DNA of 64,000 bases from the human T2T-CHM13v2.0 reference genome, Homo sapiens. A program made the translations under genes and the position numbers. The DNA is taken from the NCBI RefSeq assembly GCF_009914755.1, contig NC_060930.1; one strand, given 5' to 3'. The notes beneath the pieces are model-generated. The model searched no databases. It had not been told where the DNA came from and saw nothing but the letters and a program-made list of their open reading frames with translations. Within the stretch, counting starts at the first letter, position 1. Every line of letters begins with the position of its first letter. Shown here in pieces: positions 26,397 through 40,612 of the stretch.

Positions 26397-28574
26397 AAAT
26401 AGGTACTTAGTAAATATTTGCTGGATTAGCAAATGCCACAATAGGTCCAGTCATCAGCATTTTGCAGACATCATTTAATCAACCCGAATAGTCCAGTGGC
26501 TCTAGAGTCTCTTAATTTCTTTTTTCATGATTTTTTTTCATTTACTGCCTCTCAGGCTTTATTGCATTTGTGTCAAATCCACTTGTCTAAACATTTAAAA
26601 AAGCAAAACAGTGTTACATAGTTTTAAAAACCATTATAATTTGACTCTATGAGTTTCAAAAACTTCATATACAAGTGCTTAATTGTCTCATTCGAGGTTT
26701 TACATTGCTGATGAAATCCACTCATTTAAGAGGTAGGTAGTAATGCAGTGTGTGGGGTGTAAAGTAAAATGCTAGGGGTGTGTGTGTGTAGGTATGTTTG
26801 TTTATATGTGTGCTTGTGTATATTTTTATGTGTGTATGTTAGGGGTAGCTGGCTGTGCCAAAGGTGAATAAGATGAAGTTCCTGCTCTATAGAATCTTGA
26901 AATTTAATAAAAGAGATAACCATGCAAACAACTAACTAAATCACAAGGCACAATCCTCTGTGAGCCTGTGAGTATCTGCATCCTGCTCTGGGAAAGTGTA
27001 ATAATCTCTTTTTGTGTCTACGATTGTACCCGGGCTGGCATCTGAGTTAGATCATAGGCTCCTAACATTTCACTTTATCAGTTCGTACAATGCCCCACAT
27101 CTCTGTGAGCTAAAAAAACATGTTGCTATCAGCACAATGTGAGAAGAATGGTTTTTTTTCCCCGAAGGGACAAAAGTAGTGCCATAAAGCTATAGAATAG
27201 GCAAGTCTCTCAGTAAAATGAGTTTCCCTAAAAGGATTTCCTAAGGAACATCTTAAGGTATTTAAATAAACAAACAAATAAGACAACTGAGTAGAGTTTA
27301 AGTCTGTGCCTTTTCCTTATTCTCTAGTCCTGGTTCTTTTGACGTAAAGTGAAACATTTTTGGGGTTATTTATTTCCACCCCCACTCTGTCATAATATAA
27401 AGAGAATTCTCAGAGGGGAGACTATAGAAGTCTGTCAGCAGCTGACTCTTTTCTGGCAGGAAGACTATTTTATAAAAAAAAGAAGAAATGGATTTCCTCT
27501 CCTTGTAGTTCAATATTTTCTTCCTCTACACATTGGTTAAATTCCTCCATCCTATTTCCTTGAAAATGTCAGGGTTGGGTTGCCCCAATCTCAGACAGCT
27601 CTCTTCATTATGATTATCAGTGTTAATGCCATGTCATTAATCCTCACGAGTATATGGAGGCCTCACACTGAATGAATGGGGAAGGTCACCATGGAAACAT
27701 CTGTCTCCATAGATGACTCACGGCAACCCCCATAACTGCTGAACCACATCCTGTCTCCCAAATGCACTGGATGAAGCCACAAATTTGGCATTTCCTACAG
27801 GACCATATTCTTTTTAAAAGCTATTAAAAATCTATGCCAGGGAAGCATTTTTCAGACTCATGGCAATAATACTCTTTGCAATGTGTTTAAGTGGGTGATG
27901 CTATGCAATTAGTTGTTAACACCTTTTAATAAATGCACACAGTAAACATTACCTGTGGTTTTTCAGCTCCCGGTTTCTTTGCAGTGCTGTCATCTCTGGA
28001 GACAGGCGCTGGCAGAGAGAAAAGTGCCCATGTAGAAAATAAGCAAAACACCTGCATTCTCACATTTCAGAAATGATCCTCCTTAGGGGTTAGTGTGGTC
28101 TATCAACTTGCATCACAGTGAAGTGGAGGGGAATAAAATGGTCTTTGCTGGATTTATTTTTTTGGCTGCCTCAATGAAAAAAGCAAGCAAGATAACTCAT
28201 GTAGAAAAATTACATTTGAGGACTGCAGACTTCTCACTTAGCCTTATCATGGAACGGCAGGATATCAACATTTCCTAGATGGAAAATTAGGTCTATGTTG
28301 GGAGATATCAGGCTTAAGTAAAATCACATGACAACTACTGTGTATATCCCAGTCACCTCGGCACAGCTACGCTGAGCAGTCTTTCTAGGGTTGCTATGTT
28401 CAGAGTTGGCTGTAACTATACACACCGTAAGCCCAGTTGGAAAAGCAAACAAGGGAGTGAAAAAGGGAACAGACTATTTCCCAGGCTGTACACATTTGCT
28501 GAATCTTCACAAAGGCAGGTTGTCATTTCTTGTTTATTTCTTGAATCCTAGATGGAAACCTGGAACTTGAGTGA

Positions 28575-28800
28575 TAATAATAGTAGACCTTTGCTAACTG
28601 TACATATATTAGCTCATTTGTTTCTGTAAATGATCATATAATGTGGGTAGTATTCTTTACTTCATTTGACAGATTAAGAGACTGAGGCATGGAAAAATTA
28701 AGTGATGTTACCATGGTCACCAAGCTCTTAAGTAGCTGAGGCGGGACATGAACCCAGGCATCTGGCATCCAGTTTATTTCCTTTAACTTTAAGCCACATA
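28575..28800 (-). mobile_element. MIR
   Basis: CATTTGACAGATTAAGAGACTGAGGCA...GGTCAC...GAACCCAGGC. Confidence 0.75.
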
Positions 28801-29221
28801 TTTACCTCTTGTAGAGTCATATTTATTCGTTTTCTCTCCTCTTGTTTCCTCTCCTCTTTCTCTCCCTCTCTCTTTCTTACCATTTTTCTACTACTCTTTC
28901 ACACCTGCCCCCAATCTTTCCCCTCAAGCCCACACCCACTTCCTACTTCTCTCCTCTCTCCTCTCTCTCTCCCTCTCTATTGCTGGAAGTGATGAGCCCC
29001 ATCTGGGTCCACCAGCTGGCCCCAGACAGGGGATTTTGGCCTCTCCCAAATTAAATCATACTTGTAAAGCAGGAAAAGCTACTCCCTGCTTCCAGATCTC
29101 CCCTTCCCACTGACCCTCCCTTGTCCCTCTGTCGCCTTCCTTCTTTTGCATAGGCTTCCAGTTCTCTTGTACTCTTCTCCCACAGTTTTCTCAGGAAAGA
29201 ATGGGTTGTCTTAAAGTCATC

Positions 29222-29575
29222 TGATATGGTTTGGCTCTGTGTCCCCACCCAGATCTCAACTTCAATTGTAATCTCCAGGTGTTGAGGGAGAGGGTTGATT
29301 GGATCATGGGAGTGGTTTCCCCCATGCTGTTCTTGTGATAGTAAGTGAGTTCTCACGAGATCTGGTGGTTTTATAAGACAGTTTCCCTACCCTTGCTTGC
29401 TTCTCTCTCCTGCCATGTGAAGAAGGTTCTTGCTTCCCCTTGTCTTCTGCCATGATTGTAAGTTTCCTGAGGCCTCCCGAGCCATGTGGAACTGTGAGTC
29501 AATTAAACCTCTTTTGTTTATAAATTATCAGTCTTAGGTAGTAGCTTTATAGTAGTGTGAGAATGGACTAATGCA
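29222..29575 (+). mobile_element. THE1 (THE1C/D-like) MaLR solo LTR
   Basis: TGATATGGTTTGGCTCTGTGTCCCCACCC...GAATGGACTAATGCA; 5-bp TSD TCATC/TTATC. Confidence 0.9.
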
Positions 29576-29685
29576 TTATCATATAGTAAATTCAGTCTCT
29601 TCATTTACATTAAAGTTCCCACTTTATGAACATTTGCTTTTTAAAAAAAACTTTGTTATTGAAGTACAGTTTACCATATAAATGG

Positions 29686-30017
29686 TGTCGTGGACTGAAC
29701 TCTGTCCCAAAATTCATATGTTGATGCCTTAACTCACTATGTGACTATATTTGGAGATAGGGCCTTTAAAAAGGTAATTAAAGTTAATTAAGGCCTATAG
29801 GGTGGGACCTTAATCGAAGATGACTGGTACCCTTATAAGAAAAGGAAGTGACACAGGGACATGTATAAATAAAGAAAAGGCCATGTGAGGACACAGTGAG
29901 AATTGTTGACATGTTGATCTTGGAATTCCATCTTCCAGAATTGTAAGAAAATTAATTTGTTGTTGAAGCCACCTAGTCTATGACATTTTGTTATTCCAAC
30001 GCTAGCAGGTTAATACA
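29686..30017 (+). mobile_element. MLT1A-type MaLR solo LTR, inside an old L1 3' end
   Basis: TGTCGTGGACTGAA...CCCAAAATTCATATGTTGA...TAATACA; TSD AATGG/TATGG. Confidence 0.85.
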
Positions 30018-31481
30018 TATGGGGAAATACACAAAAATACTCAAATCTTAAGTATTCAGCTTGATGGATTTCTATATATTCATAAACCCATGAAATCACT
30101 GCAGATCAAGAAACAGAACATTTCCAGTACCCCAGAAACCTCCCTCCTGCCCCTTCCCACTCACGTTAGCAGTCTGTGCCCGATTTTCAGATCTGCTTCC
30201 CTGCAGAGAGGGTTCACTTAGGCCCTTCTCTCTCATGTGGAAGAGCTTTACTTCTGCAAGTGCCCCTGTGCCTGGGTCTGGATATGAGAGTCAATTTTGG
30301 GAGTCAGGGTTGGCGGGGCCACTTGGCCAAAGAGCTAAGGCAACATTTTCCAAGCTGTTTTCACAAGTGATAAAGATGACACAATAATCTTCATCTGATT
30401 TCTGCATCTATTTCTCAATTGTTTCTGAACTAGGGAGGGGAAAAGGGTATCATTATCTCCTTGATACCTAACATTTTGGTGGTTGGCTGTGTTTAAGTTT
30501 GGAATTTTTAAAAATAACCTATTTTTATTATAAAACATTTCAAACATTCAAAACATTTCACACATTCAAAAATGTATATACTAATATAATGAACTACCAC
30601 CTGATTTCAATAAATAAAGACGATTTACTATATTTGCCTTTGAAAAACATTTTAAACTACTTTAGTAAATAAGAGTTTCTTCTATTATTCTTGAAACCTA
30701 AAGGCTCTGGGTCTTTTGAACAAATAATGACTCTAATAATCAAATAAAAATCACAACATGACACAAAGCTCTCACAATTAATTCTACTTTTTATCTAATG
30801 CACTTTCCATCATGTTGCATACCATCTGTTAACTAATGAAATGCCCTAAGGCTCAAATTGATAAATACAAAAATCTCCCTTTCTTTGATATGTGATTGAG
30901 GATTCCACGCTGATTTGGATTAGATCTTTGATGAAGTAGTAGAGGCAACTGAAAGTTTAAGCAAATTTGGGGTTGTCCTACATCACTAACATCATCCTCT
31001 GGGCAGGAATGGGTCTTGGGATCCATTTACTTTCCCTTCTCTCCAACCACATATATAGGAAGAGCACCTGGTGGATCACACCTTGATGATCAGGCAGCTA
31101 CACCAAATGGTTACAGAAAATATGAATAGGTTTGAGAGGGGAAGAGCGTCATAAATTCTTCAAAGAATTGCTATATGGGTTTAGAGGTGACAAAGCTATT
31201 ACTGGTGAAGAGTCATCACGGAAAGTCCTGAGTTCTGAATGAAAATGCTCAAAAAATGAGAAAACTGGGACTTCAAAGATAGGCATAAACAAATGGAAGC
31301 ATATTACAAGTGAACCAGGCAGAACATCAAATTCAGGCCAGGGTTAGTTATTGTTTTGGAGGAATTATCTAGGGCAGTGAATGTGAACAGCTATGAATGA
31401 TTTTGAACATAAAGAACTCATTGACTTCATGTGCTCACTCCAGAGATCTAAATAGCATGTTTGAAAAACAAATGGCCAAGT

Positions 31482-31630
31482 CGGGAGAGCGGGAGAGCGG
31501 GAGAGCGGGAGAGCGGGAGAGCGGGAGAGCGGGAGAGCGGGAGAGCGGGAGAGCGGGAGAGCGGGAGAGCGGGAGAGCGGGAGAGCGGGAGAGCGGGAGA
31601 GCGGGAGAGCGGGAGAGCGGGAGAGCGGGA
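31482..31630. repeat. Perfect 8-bp tandem repeat (CGGGAGAG)x18 plus a partial unit
   Basis: Direct reading; no interruptions seen. Confidence 0.97.
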
Positions 31631-34075
31631 ACTGAAAGTGGTGAGAACCCTACATTAGGTTGAGAAGAAACAAGACATATTAAGAAACAAGTTAAACTGT
31701 TAATGGGAACATGTCTTGATTTTCTTGTGTGATTCCTTCAATTCTTTAGAATTATCAATATGAATGATAAACCACATGCATCCAGTAATAAAAAATCCCA
31801 GTCTACAGCTGCTGAGGAAATTCAAAACCCATTTGGGTGTTTGAGTGAGATACTTCTGCCAGCATTCAGCAGTAGCTTTGCAAGGACTTACATTAGGGTC
31901 ACATCCTTAGTCTCAATCCAGCCCTCATATCCACCTACTCTTAGGAGAAGGAGGAACTTACCTGATTGGTGGGTTTAGGATTAGTTAGATATAATCAATG
32001 CAGCCCATTCCTCTCTCTTCTTCTTGAGTCTGTGTGCTGGGAGAAGGGATGTATTGTGTGCTCTTTACCACTTGATACGACCCTGCTACAGTGTGGTAGG
32101 TCTGCCACTTTCTGGCTGTACTTATGGACAGAAGGGAAGGGGTAAATTTGTTCATTTCAGAGGTGAAGTCTTAGCAAGTTCGCACTGCCAGTGTCTAAGC
32201 CATAGTCTCCAATCACTTTTGTTAGTAATAAAAGTGTATTTTGTTAGTAATATACCTTTTGTCACTTTTGTTAGTAATAAAGGTATATTTTGATGTTATC
32301 CCAAAGTTGAACATGGAGGAAAGATATGTTTTTCAACAATACTTTCAGCAGTATTCTGCTCTATTTCCTAAATGACAGGATAGAATTAAAATAAATTTGC
32401 AATGATGTACTAATATAAATAAATGAAGTATCAGTAATGAATGTACGAATTAAGTCAGAGCATGTAGCCTTGAACAAGCTGGGGAACAGAATATAAGGTC
32501 TTACATAATCATACTAATGGCTAATATTTACCAAGTGTTTATTCTGTCCAATTAATTTTGGTAATATTGTGAGCCCCATTTTTTGTGAGTCCCAATATTG
32601 TGAGATGACAGCCAAAAAGACGTGGAGACTGGATTCATAATCAAGGGCTTGATCTCAGAGTGGGTTCTTTTAGAATATACTGGAAATTTATTAAGACAAA
32701 TTTGTCTCTGAACTTCCTTGAAAATAGAACTTTTGTTATCAGTGCTAATAGTTCTTTCCTTTTTCCTTTTTATATTGAGATATATTACCAGGAGAAAAAT
32801 AAATTATCTGTTAAGACATCCTGCAAAAGTATACTCCAAAAAGTTTCCCCCAATTTATCCTGCCAGTAAGGGGACATAAGTGTGCACATTTTAATCCACC
32901 TTGGATTAAGATTTATTTAAATTAAAATGTATTTTAAAATAGGCTATTGTCACTTTTTATGTTTAATTTCAGTCAGGAGAGTCTGTGGACATCCACAGTA
33001 TCAAGCAGCCTCAGAACTTTATTGACTTAAAACAACTTAGATGTATATTTTGCTCAAACTACATAATTTTTTACAGGCTAGGTGGGTGCTCTGTCCTCTA
33101 TCCTTTCTCTAGAATCCCACGCAGAAGAGCTGTATAGGGTTTTGCATGTGCTATTCAATGTTCTTTTCCAGAAGTAAAAAATATCACTTAGTTCACAATC
33201 CATTAGTCATAACAAGTCATCTGGCTTCACCCACTTACAAGTTGCCTAGAAGTGCAAATCTACCATGTACCAAAAAGGAAGAAAGCTAGACAACACTTTG
33301 TGATCAGCACTAGGATTGCTACATGTTTTTACAAGTTTTATAGCTGAAAAATGGCAACTAGCCTTCTTTGGCATTTACATTACAAGAGAGGTTATGCAAT
33401 TATTTTCTCTTTTGTGAATTGTTTGTGCATGCCCTTTTTTTGTCTGACATATTAAAATGGGTATGTTGGCAGAGTCCCGTAGAAAAGTTGGTGGAGGAAT
33501 TTAAGTTGTTCTCAAGTAATCAACAAAGATTATCCATTTCTACTCCCTGCCCCTTACCCGCTGCTGTCTCCCTTATCCCTTGGAACTAAGAAGTTGTATA
33601 TAGGAAAATATTCTGGAGGGTGGTGGTTACCTCATCGTAACACACTATAAGCAACATGTCTTAGAATGGTTTCCATGGGGGCATTGATCATTTAGTGTTT
33701 CCTAACCTGTGATTGATTCATAAGTACATCAATATCACATGTCAGGCTACTTCAGGTACTCTGTAAAAGATACCTATTTTTCCAAGGTGTATTTCTTAGG
33801 CCTCTCTCAATTTGAAGTGAAATAATTCCAATCTGAACCAGTTAAAAAAAACAAAACAGTGTGTCCTCAAGTAAAAGTTATAGGGGTTTCCTAGGTTTAG
33901 GCATGGCTGGATATGTGAAGTCAAATAATAACATCAGAACTTACTCATTTACCACTAAGACCAAACTGGGAAGTTAAATTTGAGTCTTCACTTCCTCATC
34001 TATGTATCGGGGATAATTATTATTTTTCTCCTGTGCTTGTTGTGAGGATTCTTTCATTAATTCATGCAAAACTTT

Positions 34076-34361
<286 letters not shown>

Positions 34362-34530
34362 CATGCAAAACTTTTAATACAATGCCTTACATAGTAATAG
34401 AAATAGAAGATAACTGCCTACTATTGTTCTTACTACATCTACTATTACTGTTTATTCTTATGTATAGATTGTTCAATACACTGAAATGACCTAATTGCAT
34501 CTGTCATTCTGAGATTTGAATTTAGCTTAA

Positions 34531-34988
<458 letters not shown>

Positions 34989-35609
34989 TGAGTGTGTGGA
35001 ATTTGACGCACCTATGTGGTAACAAAATGGATATATCCAGTTTATAGCTGGAACTCTGATTCTGTACAGAGGTCAGGATAATAAACAAAAGAAGAGTCAT
35101 TTGTTTATGTCAGAGATTTGTTATGTGGTATTAAATATATCCATAATGTTAGGCAAAAATGGATTGTGTATTTTTTTCCTCCTAAATAGATCTTAATAAA
35201 TGGGCTACTTTAAATATTACATACAAAGAAATTTAGTTTTAAAGAATAAATTTGCTTGACATGACAAATATCAAAGGGAACTGAGGAGCAGCTACTTCTT
35301 TGGCCATGATTCCAATTCTTCATTCAGTATGTATGCACACCTATTCCTCATTTGTTTGGGTCACTTGCTTCCCCTCTGGAGGAATTTGAGCACTGAGTCT
35401 GATCAAGGGTAATAGAGTCCTTGACAAAGTTCATGGCTAAGGCCAGAGACCTAAGTGAGGTTGCCATTTGGAAACAGAAGAAAAGGGGGCCAATTATGGA
35501 AGTGGGGAGAATAGCCATCCAAAGAAACTGAGAAGAATCAGTAAGAACAGCAGGAGAGAGCAGTTTCACCCAAGTCAAAGTAGGAGATAGTGCTATCTTT
35601 TTATTTACA

Positions 35610-35828
<219 letters not shown>

Positions 35829-36087
35829 TAAATCTAATAGACTTAGTGAAAATAATCTATGAATTTCATCAATTAGAAGATAATGACATACAATGAAAGC
35901 AGTTTCACTCTTGTGATAGGGCAGAAATGTACAATACTTTCTGTCTCTATGATTTTGCCTATTCTAAGTAGCTCATGTAAGTGGAATCATATGGTATATG
36001 TATTATTGTGACTGGTTTACTTCATTTAGCATAACACCTTCAAGGTTCATCCATGTTGTAGCATATATCAATATTTCTTTTTTAATT

Positions 36088-36208
36088 TTTTTAAATGTTT
36101 TTAGAGATGAGGTCTCACTATGTTGCCTAGGGTGACCTTGAATTTCTGGGCTCAAGCAGTCTTCCCACCTCAGCCTCCCTAGGAGTTGGGACTACAGGCA
36201 TGTACCAC
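36088..36208 (-). mobile_element. Alu monomer (FLAM/AluJ)
   Basis: AGAGATGAGGTCTCACTATGTTGCCTAGG...GGGACTACAGGCATG. Confidence 0.8.
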
Positions 36209-36517
36209 ATTTTGCTTTTCCATTCATCCCACTGGTGAACACTTGAGTTACTTCTATGTTTTAGCTATTGTGAATAATGCTGTTGTAACATGGGTATATA
36301 AATATCTCTTCAAGATTCTGTTTTCAATTCTTTGGGGTGTATACCAAGAATTGGAACTTCTGGATCATATGATAATTGTATTTTTAATTTTTGAGGACTT
36401 GCCATACTGTTTTCCACAGTGGCTATAACATTTTGCATTCCAGCAACAGTGCAGAAGAGTTTCTATGTCTCCACATTCTTGTCAACATATTATTTTCTAT
36501 GTTTTTAAAAAAGTTTT

Positions 36518-36830
<313 letters not shown>

Positions 36831-38982
36831 TTATCTCATTGTAAGTTTTGGCTTGCATTTCCCTAATGATTAGTGATGCTGAGCACCTTTCATGTGCTTA
36901 TTGGCCATTTATATATCTTCTTTAGAGAAGTGTCTACTCATGTCTTTTGCCCACTTTTAAATCAAATTGTTCCTTTTTCATTGTTGAGTTTTAGGAGCTC
37001 TCTTTATATTAGTATCTTATCAGATATGTGATTTGCAAATATTTTATTCTGTAGGTTGCCTTTTTACTCTGTTGATATTGTCTTTAAAAATGTATATTAA
37101 AAATTCTAACCAGCTTAATATATTATTGACAAATAAAAGTTATATATATTTGTGGTATGCAACATGATATTTTGATGTATGCATACAGTATGAAATGATT
37201 AAATCATGTTAATTGACATATCCATTGCCTCACATAATTATTCACAAATTTTTTTCCTTTCCATAAAGTTTAATTTGTCTGTTTTTTTTCTTTTGTAGCC
37301 TGTGCCCTTAGAATCATATCCAAGAAATAATTGCCAAATCCAATGTCATAAAGCTTTTGCTGTATGTTTTTTCTTAAGAGTTTTATAGCTTCTTAAGGTT
37401 TTAAATGTAGTTCTTTGATCCATTTAAATAAATTTTTGTATATGGTGTTAGGCAAGGGTCCAACTTCATTATTTTGCATGTGGATATCCAGTTTTCCCAG
37501 CACCTGTTGTTGCAAAGACTCTTTTCCATATTGAATGGTCTTAGCTCTCTTGTGAAAATCATTTACCGTATATATGAGGGTTTATTTCTGAATTATCTAT
37601 TCTATTCCATTGGTCTATGTCTTCCATTGGTCTATATCTATGTTTGTGACTGTACTACACTGTTTTGATTACTGTAGCTTTGTGGTAAGTTTTAAACTCA
37701 GGAACTGTGACTCTTCCAGATTTGTTCCTTTTTCAAGATTGTTCTGGCTATTCAGGGAACTTTGATATTCCATATGAATTTTAGGATGAATTTTTCTATA
37801 AAGAGTATCATTAGGATTTTGATAGGATTGTATTGAATCTGTAGATCACTTTGGGTAGTATTGCTATCCTAAAAATGTTGTCTTCTACTCCATAAACATA
37901 GGATGAGTTTCTATTTTTTTATGCCTTTAATTTCTTCCAGCAATATTTTGTAGTTTTTCTTGTACATGTCTTTCATCTCCTTGGTTAATTCCTATGTATT
38001 TTATTTTTATTTGGAAATATTTATTAGGTGCCCACTTTGTTCCCCATATTATCCCAGGGAGTTATTACAAAATGATGAGCAAGACAGACATGGGCTCATG
38101 GGGCTTCCTCATGCATGTCTTTTGGTATCACCAATTTATCTCCTGTGGCCTGTGGCAAATGTATGGTGTAATTCTAGTCCATGAGCTTAGTATACTTATT
38201 TTCAGGTACTCACTCAGCTGTACTTGTTTAAAAAAATGCCTGAAACTTGATTTGCTTGTGTGGATATTAAGAGTAAATCAACTATTCCATACATGTAAAG
38301 TACGTTTTATTCTCCCTGTAAAACTCTCAATGTTTTTCTTCAAAATATACTTTATGATATATATATTAACTATTATTTTAAGATAGTTGGGAAAATGAAG
38401 GGACCATAATTTAAAAGAAATGGAATATTTGATACATGATGTGGCTGCCTGTTTTTATTCTTGTCACCTAGTCTCAGTTTTTCAGGTTTTTAAAAATATT
38501 ATAAATGCACACATGTACACACACTTAATTTCTTCTTAATCTGTGATCTTTCAGGTTTCTATTACATAGATTAATTCATGTAAATTTTCCTAGTCTTTTG
38601 AAATTAAAGAAAGTCAATGACAAAAGGACCATCACGTGGACAACCAGTGGGAATGTTTCATTCACTCTTGTAAGTTACTTGTTCCCAGTGCAAAAGTTTA
38701 AAAGAAAGTCTTTTTATTTATTCAAAAGTTGAAGGTTTTTTTTTTTTTTCTCTTCAGCACCGGAAACTGTCAGGAAAAGCAGTATATACCCCTAATGACT
38801 AGTTCAGAAATAAATGTATCATTGTTTTTAATAATTTGATACAGTATATAAATGTTGTTTTGTAAAGTTTAAATTCTACTATTAACTGAACAAAATATAA
38901 ACCAGGAAATTAACATCAAAGAAATAACCACATTCACCTGTTCCTCTCGTCTCTAACATTCTGCTTTTCCTTTGCTCCGCAG

Positions 38983-39027
38983 GGTAACCATGGTGAGAAA
39001 GATGTTGATGGCTTGGATGGAGAACAG
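38983..39027 (+). pseudogene. Orphan 45-bp collagen triple-helix (Gly-X-Y) exon, collagen VI alpha3/4/5/6-class; pseudo-exon
   Basis: Branch-like CTCTAAC, pyrimidine tract and CCGCAG acceptor; GGT AAC CAT GGT GAG AAA GAT GTT GAT GGC TTG GAT GGA GAA CAG = GNH GEK DVD GLD GEQ; donor GTACTA; phase 0, 5 triplets with one Gly>Asp. Confidence 0.7.
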
Positions 39028-39568
39028 GTACTAAAATTTCTCATTCTATGTTCCGCCTCTACTAGTTTGGCATTTACACATGTCATGATTAATCTAGAAA
39101 TGTAAACATGCATATTTAATGTTTAAAGTTTATCTATGTTTGTTCTTATCCCAAATATACAAGAACCCTAGAAGTCTAACTCGAATCAACCTCTCCCATA
39201 TTACATTTCTTTCCATCTTATTTTTGTTAAATCTATCACTTAGACATTGTTATTGTTTTATATAGTCAATGCTTATTTAGCCCTACCATCATATGTCTCC
39301 AATTTTCTGGAAGAGTTAGAGAAGGATTAGTATTCATTCTTTAAATGTTTGGTAGAATTCACTGAGGAAGCCATCAGGTCCATGGTTTTCTTCAAGAGAT
39401 TTTTTGATTATTGATTCAATCTTCTTACCATTGATTCAATCTTCTTACCAGTTGTAAGTCTATTCATATTTTCTATTTCTTCAGGATTTAGTTTTGCAGG
39501 TTTTGTGTTTCTGGAAATTTTTCCATTTTATAAAGACTACCTAGTTGTTGGCATACACTTGTTCTTAG

Positions 39569-39880
<312 letters not shown>

Positions 39881-40340
39881 TATTATAATTCTTTTTATTT
39901 ATGTGGACTCATTATTTCCACTTTCATTTTTGATTTTATTAATTTAAATTTTTCTCTTTTTTTTTTAGTTCATCTGGCTAAAATTTCATCACTTTTGCTA
40001 ATCTTGAGGAATCAATTTTTGGTTTTATTGATTTTCTCTATTATTTCTCTGTTCTCTATTTTATCTTTGCTCTAATCTTTATTTCCTTCTTTCTCCAAGT
40101 TTTGAGTTTAGTTCTTCTTTTTCTAGTTTCTTAAGGTATAAAGCGAAGTTGTTGATTTGAGACCTTTTTTGTTTTTTAACGATAAGTGTTTACAGCTATA
40201 GTTTTTTCCTTTAGCACCACTTTTGCTGTGTACCATAAGTTTTCGTGTGATGTAGTTTCATTTTTCATTTGTCTCTAATTATATTCTAATTTCTTTTGTG
40301 ATTTCTTTGATCCATTGGTTGTTGAAGACTGTGCTGTATG

Positions 40341-40447
40341 ATCCTTTTGTAGTTCACAAGCCTGATGATTGGGTTTTCATTCACGTGGATGAGATGCACC
40401 TCCCTCAAACCTGGTTGTTACAGCATAGGCACATTACTTGTCTAACA
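40341..40447 (+). pseudogene. U13 snoRNA (SNORD13) retro-pseudogene
   Basis: ATCCTTTTGTAGTTCA...TGATGATTGGG...GGCACATTAC matches U13; A-rich tail to ~40463; TSD ~GA(C/G)TGTGCTGT. Confidence 0.9.
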
Positions 40448-40612
40448 CGAAAAAAAGGAAAAAGGAGTGTGCTGTGCAATTTCCACAAATTTGTGAAGTT
40501 TCTAATTTTACTTGTGTTACTGAGTTCTAATTTCATCCTGTTGTGATCAGAGAAGACAATTTGCATAATATTTATCTTTTATAATCCATCGAGAATTGGT
40601 GACTTAATATAT

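Noticed and set aside
31397-31663. ORFs with RESGRAGE repeats
   Set aside because: Simple translation of the stop-free octamer repeat.
38735-38790. Strong acceptor-like T-tract + CAG inside the foreign segment
   Set aside because: Downstream sequence is not Gly-X-Y and has no convincing donor; cannot be supported as a second exon.
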